Assembly (NCBI RefSeq): GCF_006345805.1
Contig: NC_043009.1
Coordinates: 32,178,001 to 32,242,000 of the forward strand
Length of the DNA: 64,000 nt
Origin: Octopus sinensis
Lineage: Eukaryota
Direction of reading: 5' to 3'
Shown here: positions 52,481-64,000 of the stretch, in pieces
How positions within the stretch are numbered: position 1 is the stretch's first letter
Layout: each line of letters begins with the position of its first letter
Position numbers and translations under genes: made by a program
The notes under the pieces: model-generated
Seen by the model: only the letters and a program-made list of their open reading frames with translations
What the model was told of the DNA's origin: nothing
Databases searched by the model: none

Positions 52481-52873
52481 CTAGCAGTATCGCTCGGCGT
52501 TGCTCGGGTTTGTAAGGGAAATAACTATATAAGCATTTTTAGAGAGTTATAGCCAAAAAATAGCAAAAAAATGCATTAAAAATGGAAAAAAAATGATGGT
52601 AATTTTTTTTAAATCGTTGACTCATGGTAGACATTTTTAGAGAGTTACTTCCCTTATATAATAGCGAAAAAATGTATTAAAATGGAAAAAATGATGGTAA
52701 TTTTTTTAAAATCGTAGACTCATTGTAGACGCGTGCTAATACCCAGAAGGGCTCGATATGAATCACGACTATAAGATACCCGGTTTTGGTTAAACTGCAC
52801 CGCAAAATGTGGGAGTAGTTAGGAATCTAAATCGTAGGAGACAGACACACAACCTTACTTTTATATATAAAGA
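52481..52873 (-). mobile_element. non-autonomous Helitron, with an internal ~110 bp duplication
   Basis: Same termini as 37612-37981; the catttttagagagtta...gactcat.gtagac block is present twice. Confidence 0.85.
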
Positions 52874-53218
52874 TGTGCTTGTAAATATTTGATAACGCTC
52901 GGATTGTAAAGTTTGAGGAAACAACTTTCTCTTCATTCAGCTAGACCAAAAGCGGAGAGTAAGGCTTACAGACATGTCTAACAGCTCCCACTTAGTATAT
53001 ACAATGCATGATCTTTGCCCTCAAAAATACCTGAGATGTTCTTTAAAGAAACAACCTGATATTTATGACATCAGATCACACAGTATCTTACTATATAAGA
53101 TGTAAATTGTCAGATTGGGCCTAGCTTCGAATGAAAACATTTGCAGGCCTTCACACACGAAGTTTAAATAGCGATGTAGTCGATTTCGGCTTTCATCTTT
53201 ATGGGATATATAACTTAC

Positions 53219-53303
53219 AGTAGAGTGCAACGCGTGAGACTGGCGGGAACTGTTAGAGGATTGCACAAGATGACATGTGGTATTTCTTCTCGACGTGTAA
53301 GTT
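53219..53303 (-). CDS. candidate 85 nt exon
   Basis: ccttaatcag acceptor, CT|gtaagt donor, two open frames, CpG-rich. Confidence 0.2.
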
Positions 53304-54342
53304 CTGATTAAGGCAATTTAATTCACGAATTAGCGCCATCACCATCACCCCCAGCCCACCACCACCACCAACATTTGACCTAGTTCTTCAGTACTGTTAG
53401 TGGAGTTCAGTCTGCACACACACACACATACACACACACACACACACGCAGACACACATTCCCTATCTTTTCAATTAACACAACTATGAGATATCCATCT
53501 GTCTTATCGTTTGTGTTTCTCTCTTCTGTATTCACACATTATTTATTAGAACACAAATACAATTGTAAGTGCCAATAACAGGAGCCGAATATAAAGCCTT
53601 CCACTCACCTTTTCTGTCCCTTTCTACAGACACCCACACACGCTCACTAACACACATATACACACACACTCACACACATACACATACATATATATATATG
53701 TGTATAATGTGCGTTTTTATATATATATTATATATATAATATATATAAATGTGTGTATGTATATATACATACATACATGCATACATACATACATACATAC
53801 ATATATGCATATAAATTTACTCACAGAGAGTGAGGAAAGAGAGTTGAAAAAACACTTCCTTTATTTGACGAAACTAAAAAAAATATGCATGTTTGATCTT
53901 CGTAGCAAATTAATCCTGGAGATAAACTGTAAAGTGTAAAGATAATGAGTTGATATTTTGTCTTTGTAGTTCAGGTAGATGTACACATCTAACACCACCT
54001 CGTCCTTACCAGCTACTCCCTCCTTTTTCTAGCTCTAATGGATGAATACACGGCTTTACATTATTGTCATTATTATCACTTGCTCATATAATGAATTGTA
54101 ACAAATAATGAGATATTTTATGTTCGTTTCTAAGTTTGTTTTACATTTATTAATTTTTTCCTTTGGTGAGGCGTGCATTGTATGCCATCAGAATTATTTC
54201 TAGTGTTTTAAAATGTGAACACACAAAGATATATACACACAGATGTAGATATATACATACATCTTTACATAAATATACATATATGGACTTTACATACATA
54301 TGTTTACACACGCACACACGCACACACACATATATACATTGA

Positions 54343-54385
<43 letters not shown>

Positions 54386-55673
54386 TATATGTATACACAC
54401 ACGTATATACATATATATACATGTATATATACACACACATACAAATATATATATATATGTACATATGTATATACACATACACATATATCTATACATAGAT
54501 AAAGTGATACATACAACACACATACACACATAACCGCATCTACACACATTAATCAATACACATTCACACGTGTAGAACTGTAGATGCATATACCTGCCCA
54601 GATAAACACAGTTATACTTCCATATATATACAATCATATTTAATTTCTGCATATTTTGTAGAAACAATAGACGTTGTATATAGTTAACCATACACAAATT
54701 CCAATGGCTAAGATCTACTTGGCCTCTCGTCCACGCTATAACAATTTCATTAGCAAACACTCCTGAACTGTGATATTAATTTTATTTTATCGACTCCAAA
54801 ATATTATGGTAAAGCCGCCCTCTGCGCGATTGAGTTTAGAACTCAAAGAACCGGATCAACTTCTACAAGGTCAGTTGTTTTACGTCCTACCAACTCTAAC
54901 CTCATTGACGCAAATACATTCACTTTCCTAAATGACGCTTAGACATTTTGTGTGGATAAGAAAATTTATACAAACAGAATAATAGGTAATGAGTATAAGG
55001 TAATTAATTTTACATTAAGAGGAAGGTTTTAAAAGAAGTTTAATGTTTCAGATTTTGGTCCTTTATCACCAGACTGAAATGTAAAAAAGGAAAAAAAAAG
55101 AAGGTTCGGTATCAATTCTACAGCGGATGGACGCTGCAAGTTCGGATTAAAAGCATACATTGCATACATTTGTGTGTGAATAATAAACATAATTCTACTT
55201 CTTACACAGACTTTGATTGGTGAATATACATGATGTCTGTGAGAACATTCATTCTACCTTTTATCATAACATTCTAACTTAAAAATAAAAATGAAATAGG
55301 ATTATCACGGCTGAGCACGTCTGTACGTAACTATTCTTTTCTCAGCTTTTATTTTCTCTCCCTCCTTTTCTCTCGCTCTGTCTTTGTATGCACACACACA
55401 CCACACACACACCACACACACACACAAACAAACAAACACACACACACGAACTCTGTGTACACTAACGGTTTTCCTTTTGTATGTCCAGTAAAAATGATGT
55501 ATGATAGCACATGGTTGCCAATAACCGCAAAGGAATTTTGAAATGTATGTTATAAGGTTATTACCCAGATGATGATATTAAATAAACAACACATACAAAC
55601 ATATATACATATATATGTATACGTATATATATATATACATATATATAATATATATATATATATAAATAGAATA

Positions 55674-55709
<36 letters not shown>

Positions 55710-55794
55710 AATAAATATATATATGTATATGTATATATATATTATATATATATATACTATATATATATATATACTATATATATATATATATAAT

Positions 55795-55852
<58 letters not shown>

Positions 55853-56389
55853 TTGTATATGTATATACACACACACATACACATATAGACATATATAGAT
55901 ATGTCTTCCCTTCTCTCTCACACTCTCTCACTCTCTTTCTGTCACTCTTTTACTCTCTTTAACTCCTCTTTCACGTACACTCTTCAGCGGCACATATATT
56001 CCTGCATATGACCAGACAATATGAACTACATTAAAGCATCAAGAATTTTCTTAATACTGCACTTAGTAGCGAAAGTAAAGATATTTTATTCAAATTCTGA
56101 AAGACTGGAAAGAAAGAATTTGTTGCAGAAACAGGAGATCGTTAAAGAACGCTTCATTAAACAATCTGCCTTTTTTTTTTATATTTCTTTTTTTTATGGA
56201 ATTGGTTTTTCTCTCTAAGTTTTCAACTTTTCTTAAGCTGACGCAAGTCAACTCGTTCTGTCAATATGCATTTTTTTCTTTCTTTTTGTTTCTTTCAACA
56301 ATAAAATTACATTCCGAATTTCGCTAAAATTTTACAAGCTGAAAGCGCTTTTAGGGGGAAAAAAATTGAAATATTTCATGAGTTTGAGG

Positions 56390-56640
56390 TTGTTGATGGT
56401 GGTGGTGGTGGTGGTGGTGGTGGTTGCGGTAGTGATGATGATGACGATGACGATGATGATGATCGTGATTATGCTGATGATGATGATGGTGATAAAGATG
56501 AGGATAATGATGATGGTGATCATGAGGGTGATGGCTATGATGGTGGTGGTGGTGGTGGTGGGAGTGGTGAAGGTGACGATCATGACGGGATGAAGGTGAT
56601 AAGGATGATGATTGCGAATGTGTTGATTATGATGATTATA
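56390..56640. repeat. (GGT)n/(GAT)n trinucleotide tract
   Basis: Direct reading. Confidence 0.9.
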
Positions 56641-56996
56641 TTTATAATAACAATGGCGTATATGATTTCGCGATAATGGACGCAGGTAGTTATGCGGTTC
56701 TGCGTTCGATACCATTGCTGGGTGAGCTGGGGTTAAGTATCTTCTACCGTAAAACTTAGAAATAAATTTGAGTAACTGTTAATAATTCACTTTAAAGTAT
56801 GGATGAATTAAGTTTAACCTTAACTTCCCAATTTTCATAAATACCAATTAGCTATTTAATTTGCTGGAAGTGAGAGATCCCTAGGCATATTTAGGGACCT
56901 CTCGTGAAGGAAAACAGTGATATAACAAGCACGACTTTGCAGCCACAGCCAATGAAGTAAACTAGTTTTTCTTTGTGGACAAATACATACATCTAT

Positions 56997-57257
56997 TTAG
57001 AGTATGGGAATGGACAATCTGCCTCTTCGAACATGCATTGTTTGATTTTTTAACATCTTTATCAACACATCGTTCACGTATCGCATGCCATGGCTGGCCG
57101 TAGCTGGAAAGGATAAACATTCAGTGAAAAATTCCATTATGGAGTTAAGGCATGCGTCAGCGTAGGAGGTATGTTCTCGAAGCATCTGCTGGAAAAAGGC
57201 TTTAATCGTTGTCACATCTGTCCAAAAGGGTGAAAGGAGTGTAGTACTCTGGATCAA
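56997..57257 (-). CDS. candidate terminal exon / non-repetitive 86-codon ORF
   Basis: Strong tctcttctggttttttcag acceptor, then open LIQSTT...IKAFFQQMLREH...SIPIL*; no homology recognised. Confidence 0.25.
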   Translation of the reverse strand: MIQSTTLLSPFWTDVTTIKAFFQQMLREHTSYADACLNSIMEFFTECLSFPATASHGMRYVNDVLIKMLKNQTMHVRRGRLSIPIL

Positions 57258-57512
57258 CTGAAAAAACCAGAAGAGAATCAAATCAGGCAATGATGACATT
57301 GTTAGAAATTAAGTTGCGGCCAACATTTACACACACAAACACACACACGCACACACAAACACACACACACACACACACATACACACACACACAAATACAC
57401 ACACACGCACGCACGCGCACACACACACACACACGTAAAATTAATACAAACTGCAGTGTGCATTGTTTTACCAAAAAGGGAAACTATAATTGTCATTAAA
57501 TGCGATTAAGGT

Positions 57513-57700
57513 TGTTAGAACACCTACGTTGCTAGAAATGAGAGCTAAAAAGCCCTAATGCTGTAGCTAAAGCACATAGTTGTGTACATATGAACTGACA
57601 GGGATGGAAAAGCCCGAAACCACCGGTATACAGTTATGTTCTTCAACTTCAGCATTAGAGCTTTTTGGCTCTTATTTCTAGCAATCTAGATGTTCTAACA
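57513..57700 (+). mobile_element. ~51 bp-arm hairpin element enclosing a decayed hammerhead-like motif
   Basis: Arms 57513-57563 and 57650-57700; loop contains CTGAC(-)A-GGG...CCC-GAAAC-CACCG-GTA. Confidence 0.6.
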
Positions 57701-57754
57701 CCCTTGTATTATTTAGTGACATTATATATATACCTATGTATATATAACACAATA

Positions 57755-58070
57755 ACTGGAACTCCGTCACTTACGACGACGAGTATTCCTGTTGACCCGA
57801 TCAACGGTAGAATATGTTCGTGAAATTAACTTAGAAATGGCTGAGTACTCCGCAGACACGCGTACCCTTTATGTAGCTCTTATGGAGATTATGCGTGACA
57901 CAGAATATGAGAACGCTGAACCCCTGAATTGCAGATGCAATTCATTTTTGCCAGCTGAAGCAACGTGTAGTTTAGTGTCTTGCTTAAGGACACAGCACAT
58001 TGTCAGGAATCGAAATCACAACGTTACGATCGTGATCCGAATAATCCCTACCACTACATCACGCGCCTTC
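57755..58070 (-). mobile_element. SINE family C/D copy
   Basis: 3' end ggaactccgtc...cgacgacgag matches the 60.1 kb SINE; tRNA-like head at 57990-58070. Confidence 0.7.
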
Positions 58071-58119
58071 ACACACACACAGATACGTATTTATATATGT
58101 ATGTATATAGACATATACC

Positions 58120-58172
<53 letters not shown>

Positions 58173-58176
<4 letters not shown>

Positions 58177-58487
58177 TTATCTATACATATACCTGCATAA
58201 AATATGCGTTTGTGTGCGTGTATGATTTTGAACGTGTCATTCTTCAGAGGTAGCAACGTTTGAAGTTACACGATTTCCTCCAGGAGGAGTTACACTTGAC
58301 CTTTAGGAATCTCAAGAGGAACGCAAGGAAGAGAACTAAACATGCAATGCAAAAGAGCAAAGGGATTTCCCAGTCTTTTTCAACCTGTGCCTCTGTACAC
58401 AAAACCACAAAACACACACACCACACACATATACTTTTGTGAGCTTGCGTGTGTGTGTGTATACATATATGTACACGTTACATACAC

Positions 58488-58559
<72 letters not shown>

Positions 58560-58875
58560 CACTTATCTATACATATACCTGCATAAAATATGCGTTTGTG
58601 TGCGTGTATGATTTTGGAACGTGTCATTCTTCAGAGGTAGCAACGTTTGAAGTTACACGATTTCCTCCAGGAGGAGTTCACTTGACCTTTAGGAATCTCA
58701 AGAGGAACGCAAGGAAGAGAACTAAACAAATGCAATGCAAAAGAGCAAAGGGATTTCCCAGTCTTTTTCAAACCGTGCCTCTGTACACAAAACACAACAA
58801 CACACACACACACACACATATACTTTTGTGAGCTTGCGTTTGTGTGTGTATACATATATGTCACGGTACATTACA
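58173..58875. repeat. ~386 bp tandem duplication between (TA)n tracts
   Basis: Copies start at 58173 and 58559 and differ mostly by 1-nt indels. Confidence 0.85.
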
Positions 58876-58892
58876 CTATATATATATATATA

Positions 58893-58982
<90 letters not shown>

Positions 58983-60147
58983 CATATGTGGATAGATACA
59001 CAAATATATACAGACATACAGATATGTATGTCTAGATACACACACACGCACACACATATATGTAGATGTATAAATGTGTGTACATATATATCCCTACACA
59101 CACATACACAGGTTGTGTGTGTGTGCCTGTTTGAGTGTGTGTATGTATGTGCAATCGTAATTGTATCTGCATGCTATCATCCCCCCTCCCAATCACACCA
59201 GAATGTCTTCCTCCGTAGCAGAGGTGGTAATTTATAAGGAATCATATTTCCATCGATAATCTTCTTTTCATCGTTATACCGTTAATCCTTCTGCACTCTG
59301 TTCTTAAATTAGCCATATCTGATTAAGAAAACTGTATTAGAAAACAGAATATCATAGCCATAATTTTGATTTTGAAGGCGTAACTTGCACCAGAGAACTG
59401 CAGAAACATCTAAGCTGATGCATCCCGCTTATTCAAATATCAAGCAGGTCTCTGTTAAACGGTTTAGATTCACTCGAAAAACATTCTCTAGCCCTTGATG
59501 CGATACGGCCATTTGTTGCTTATGTCAAGCGTTCGTATCCCATGGGCAGCAGTCGACTTTTTCTGTCCAAAGGAGTTTTATGCACACATATATATATATA
59601 GATAAGGGGTTTTAAACCAAATATTTGCATGCTATCATTTGTAGCTTTATTTACTTCGAGTGCAACAGTTATAACCGAATTATTTCTCGTTCTATTGATG
59701 TTTCTAGATTCTTATAACACCAGCAACATACAATTCTCGCTGGGAAGAATAACGTTTCAAAAACGGATAGAGAAATTCGAAGGGCTACCTTGGACCAATG
59801 GTTGAACGTCTGTCAGGATTACAGATGTGGGTTCGAATCTCATGGATAGACTTTGCCCTTGTCTATACAAAAGGTATTTTAACCAATATTTACACGCTAT
59901 TATTTAAAGCTTTTCTGAGATAGCAGACAGGCAGGGAAGTTACCATACCGGACAAAATACTCAGCGGTATTTCGTCAATCATTATGTTCTGAGTACCAAC
60001 TTTACCTTTCATACATCTGAGATCAATAAAATAAGTACCAATCGAAGACTGGTGTAGATATAATCGTCTTTAAGCCTCTACCCCAATATTTCAGGCGTTG
60101 TTCCTATTGTAGAAGAGTTTATTTATAGCTTTTCTACTTTGAGTTCA

Positions 60148-60526
60148 GTGGAGGCGCAATGGCCCAGTGGTTAGGGCAGCGGACTCGCGGTTTCGATTCC
60201 CAGACCGGGCGTTGTGAGTGTTTATTGAGCGAAAACACCTAAAAAAGCTCCACGAGGCTCCGGCAGGGGATGGTGGTGATCCCTGCTGTACTCTTTCACC
60301 ACAACTTTCTCTCACTCTTACTTCCTGTTTCTGTTGTACCTGTATTTCAAGGGGCCGGCCTTGTCACTCTCTGTGTCACGCTGAATATCCCCGAGAACTA
60401 CGTTAAGGGTACACGTGTCTGTGGAGTGCTCAGCCACTTGCACGTTAATTTCACGAGCAGGCTGTTCCGTTGATTCGGATCAACCGGAACCCTCGTCGTC
60501 GTCGTAACCGACGGAGTGCTTCCATC
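60148..60526 (+). mobile_element. intact tRNA-derived SINE (family D) with a 12 bp TSD
   Basis: A box tggcccagtgg, B box ggtttcgattccc; TSD actttgagttca at 60136-60147 and 60527-60538. Confidence 0.92.
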
Positions 60527-62273
60527 ACTTTGAGTTCAATCGCTAAAAAGAATTATTTCACAAACGTATGTATATCCATTCTTAGCTAAATAACATTTGT
60601 AGAAGTGTGAAAAAGTTTTTCTTTTATGCACATGTCTTTCGTGCGTTTACTTAATGTTTTCCGTTAGAACCTGTATGAAATACTTGCCTTGGGTTTTCAT
60701 CCCTAAAGAACAGAATTAATTGCTTCCCGGACAAGGCAGTCACGATAAAAGCTCATTGGAGGATGTGAATGTATAGGCAAGGCAATATTTCTATCTCCCC
60801 TCTGAACATAGAAGTGTGTAATATTTCATTTATCATGGATTATGTCACATGGCTAGTGAATTATTTCGAGTATGTTCTTCAGAAATCAAGTGGAATACGA
60901 GATAATTATCCAATGTGGGAAACTTCTTTATCCTCTTGCTACTACACAAACAAAAACAAGACCTTCGTCCCGATGGATTTTATAGCAGATTAAACACAAG
61001 CCTTGTTAACTTCATCCAACAGTCCTGAGCCCAGCTTCCGTGCAGATGTTGAGCTGTTTACATACTCGTCCGTGTAAATGAAACAAGAAAGAATACATCT
61101 CTTTATCAGATTTATGTATGATTTATTACTTTTAAACTTGTTTGTGCATTTCGAGAAATCTCAGTAGAAAAGGAATAGAAATTAATTAATTAAATTGCTG
61201 ACTTACAAAACACACGTTGTGTTATTGGTGTGTTTCAAAGACGACAATACCTCCTTAAATAACTATCATCATAAATCGTGTTTATGGGAAAGAGCTTAGT
61301 AGTAAAAAAATTTGTTTTCTTGCGTAGCTAAACTACTGAACAAAATTTTTCGTTGTAAATACAAAGCGGAAGAAAATGAGAAAATACAATAACAATTCTT
61401 TTTCTACGGAACATTATCCACCAAAGTACAACAATAAGATAAAATAAAATAAGAATAATATCGAAGACTGCTGCTAAACTCCAGTAATTTACCGTAGACT
61501 TGTAACAGAAATAAAGAGAAAGGTATGATATTATGCGGCCATTTAACAAGACTAAGTCTAAAGCCAGTAAAATAACAGATCAAAGACTGTGAACATAACT
61601 AACAACCTCATTACTAGTCAACGGTTTTATATCAATCTTTTCAGACAGCAAACAACAAAGAGAAAATGTGTTTCCCCCTCTTCTTTCACCCAAACAACAA
61701 ACAGCACTTAAGGAACAAAACCTGCATGGGGAGAGGACCTTGGCAAAAGTAGCAATTAGCTATTTATAGTTACCTTTCTGTTGAAAGAAAATTCACAAGA
61801 AACCAAACAGCGAAAAAGGAATCAAAATAACAAAAAAAACAAAAAATAAATCAAACAAAAATAATAAAAATAAAATAGAAAGAAATTGTAATTACGTTAT
61901 GTTTTCACAATATCGAAATACAAATTAATCTTTCTATACCTGTGAATGTCTACAACCAGAAAAAATATAAACAAAAACAAAAAAAAAATAAATAAATAAA
62001 ATATTTGAAAGGGATTATTATTTGAGGTGATATATAAATAGTGTTAAAAGCAAACGAATGTGAAAACAGACTCAAAACATGCCAAAATAAAAATGGTACT
62101 TTCCTGTCACTATATACATACCTACATGTATATCTATCTATATCTGATATATATATATATATATATATACATGTATATATACATACATATATATACATAA
62201 TATATATTACATATATATATATATATACATATATATATATGTGTATATATATATATATGTAATATATATATAT

Positions 62274-62319
<46 letters not shown>

Positions 62320-62523
62320 AATATGATTTCATGTATATATTATGTAATTACATACGTGTCTGCGTCGATTTATACATACATATTCAGGCTAACACTCAGG
62401 TTAACACCCACAAGTTACTTTGTAAATGGACATTTTTATGCATGGCAAAAAAGAGAAAGAGGGGAACAGTGAGAGTGAGAGGCGGGAATAGATAGATAGA
62501 TTTATTGAGAGAGAGAAATAATA

Positions 62524-62607
<84 letters not shown>

Positions 62608-63132
62608 CGGTGGCGTTGCAAGCTATTTGGTCTTCTGATAGATTACTTATATTCATGTATATGATGTGCACACACACACACACACATACACACACATATA
62701 TACATATAGGCGTGTGTATGTGCATACAAGTAGAAAGAGAGGGAGGAAAAGAGGAAAGGAGAGAAGTAAAGAGTGAGAGTGAATGCGTGTTTGAAGTCTA
62801 AAAATGTAGCCATTTTCCTGAAGATATTTGTATGTCTGGATATACAAATGAACTATAGCACACCCAGTGCACACACGCACACAAGTACATATGCATATGT
62901 GATTATATATATATAATATTAATATATGTGTGTGTGTATGTGTGTGTGTGTGTGTTTGTGTATGTATGTACATATATATGCCGGTATATGGATATCTATC
63001 TGTATTTTTCCGTATATATGTTTATATTTATGCGTACGTGTGTATTTGTATGTATGTATGTATGTGTGTGTGAGAGTGTATGTGTGAGCATGTGTGTGTG
63101 TGTCTGAGAACGAGAAAGAGATAGTGAGATAA

Positions 63133-63164
<32 letters not shown>

Positions 63165-63818
63165 CAAAAAAGCGTGGTTGAGAAGTGTAGAAGTAGCGAA
63201 GACGCAAGCAAGCAAGCAAATGACAGAAGCACCTCCGATGGAGACAGTGTCTGGTGGAGACTTACGCTGTTGTTATAAACTACACAACAGACATTGCTAA
63301 ACTGTAAACTTGTTAAGATAGCAATTTAATAGGAAATTATAGGGTTCTGCAGCCTTAGTAAATAGGTGTGGCAGCAGAATTGCAACTAATTCTTGTTGAT
63401 GAATCTCCAAAAGTTCGGAAAAAATAGGAGAAATGAGATACGAAAGAATAAAACAACAAAAGCAAAAAAAAAAAAGGAAAAAGAAAAAACGGTAAGTCGC
63501 AAATAAACGAACAAAAAAAACGAAAAGAAAAGAAATGAGTTTGTGTCAGTGAAGTGAGTGTGCAAAAATGGTATGCAATTATCCAGATGGGAATGATCAT
63601 GGCATTGTGAAATAATGGGAGAATATGGCAAAAATAAATGAGAAAAGATTGCAAGTTATTTGTGTCTTAGCATTGTTTGAGGAAGAAAATGATAACTAGC
63701 AATACATGTTTATTGTTTGCGCAGAAGGATGCACCATTATCTGAGTGAGCATTGCATAAAATTATAAGTATATGCGCACGCAAATATACACTTACTCTCA
63801 CATTCATATACCCATATG

Positions 63819-63850
<32 letters not shown>

Positions 63851-63871
63851 GTATGTATCTATGTATGTATG

Positions 63872-63919
<48 letters not shown>

Positions 63920-64000
63920 TATATAATTATATATATATATACATATGTACACATGCATACATGCATGTAGTATACTCAATGCAGAATTGTGTATAAATAT

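Noticed and set aside
60148-60215. tRNA gene
   Set aside because: A and B boxes are present but there is no cloverleaf; it is a SINE head with a TSD-bounded body.
61770-61800. 4 nt micro-exon-like cag|AAAG|gtaact on the minus strand
   Set aside because: Single isolated motif, expected by chance in 64 kb.

Overview
AT-rich, microsatellite-dense eukaryotic non-coding DNA. The tRNA-derived SINE families and the density of (TA)n/(CA)n/(TATC)n tracts look like an octopus (cephalopod) genome; this is an inference. No host gene can be named. A few weak candidate exons are listed, and almost all ORFs in the supplied track are microsatellite artefacts. Recognisable mobile DNA: about 14 SINE copies from at least 3 families, a near-full-length decayed DD37D (maT) Tc1/mariner with TIRs, a CR1 RT fragment with three internal deletions, an RTE 3' fragment, two non-autonomous Helitrons and several MITEs. 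The most striking signal is hammerhead-ribozyme (HHR)-bearing repeats embedded in (TA)n tracts. (i) A 3.1 kb array of a ~473 bp monomer at 20428-23542 has 7 type-I HHR copies arranged as a giant inverted repeat. (ii) An unrelated 362 bp monomer at 43981-44639 has the same tandem-plus-inversion architecture and a U3-A8 variant HHR. (iii) Two further decayed HHR-like motifs lie at 33.6 kb and 57.6 kb. These resemble non-LTR retrozymes or Penelope-like pLTR elements. Indel noise between repeat units suggests imperfectly polished long-read sequence, so an assembly artefact must be excluded for the large palindrome.
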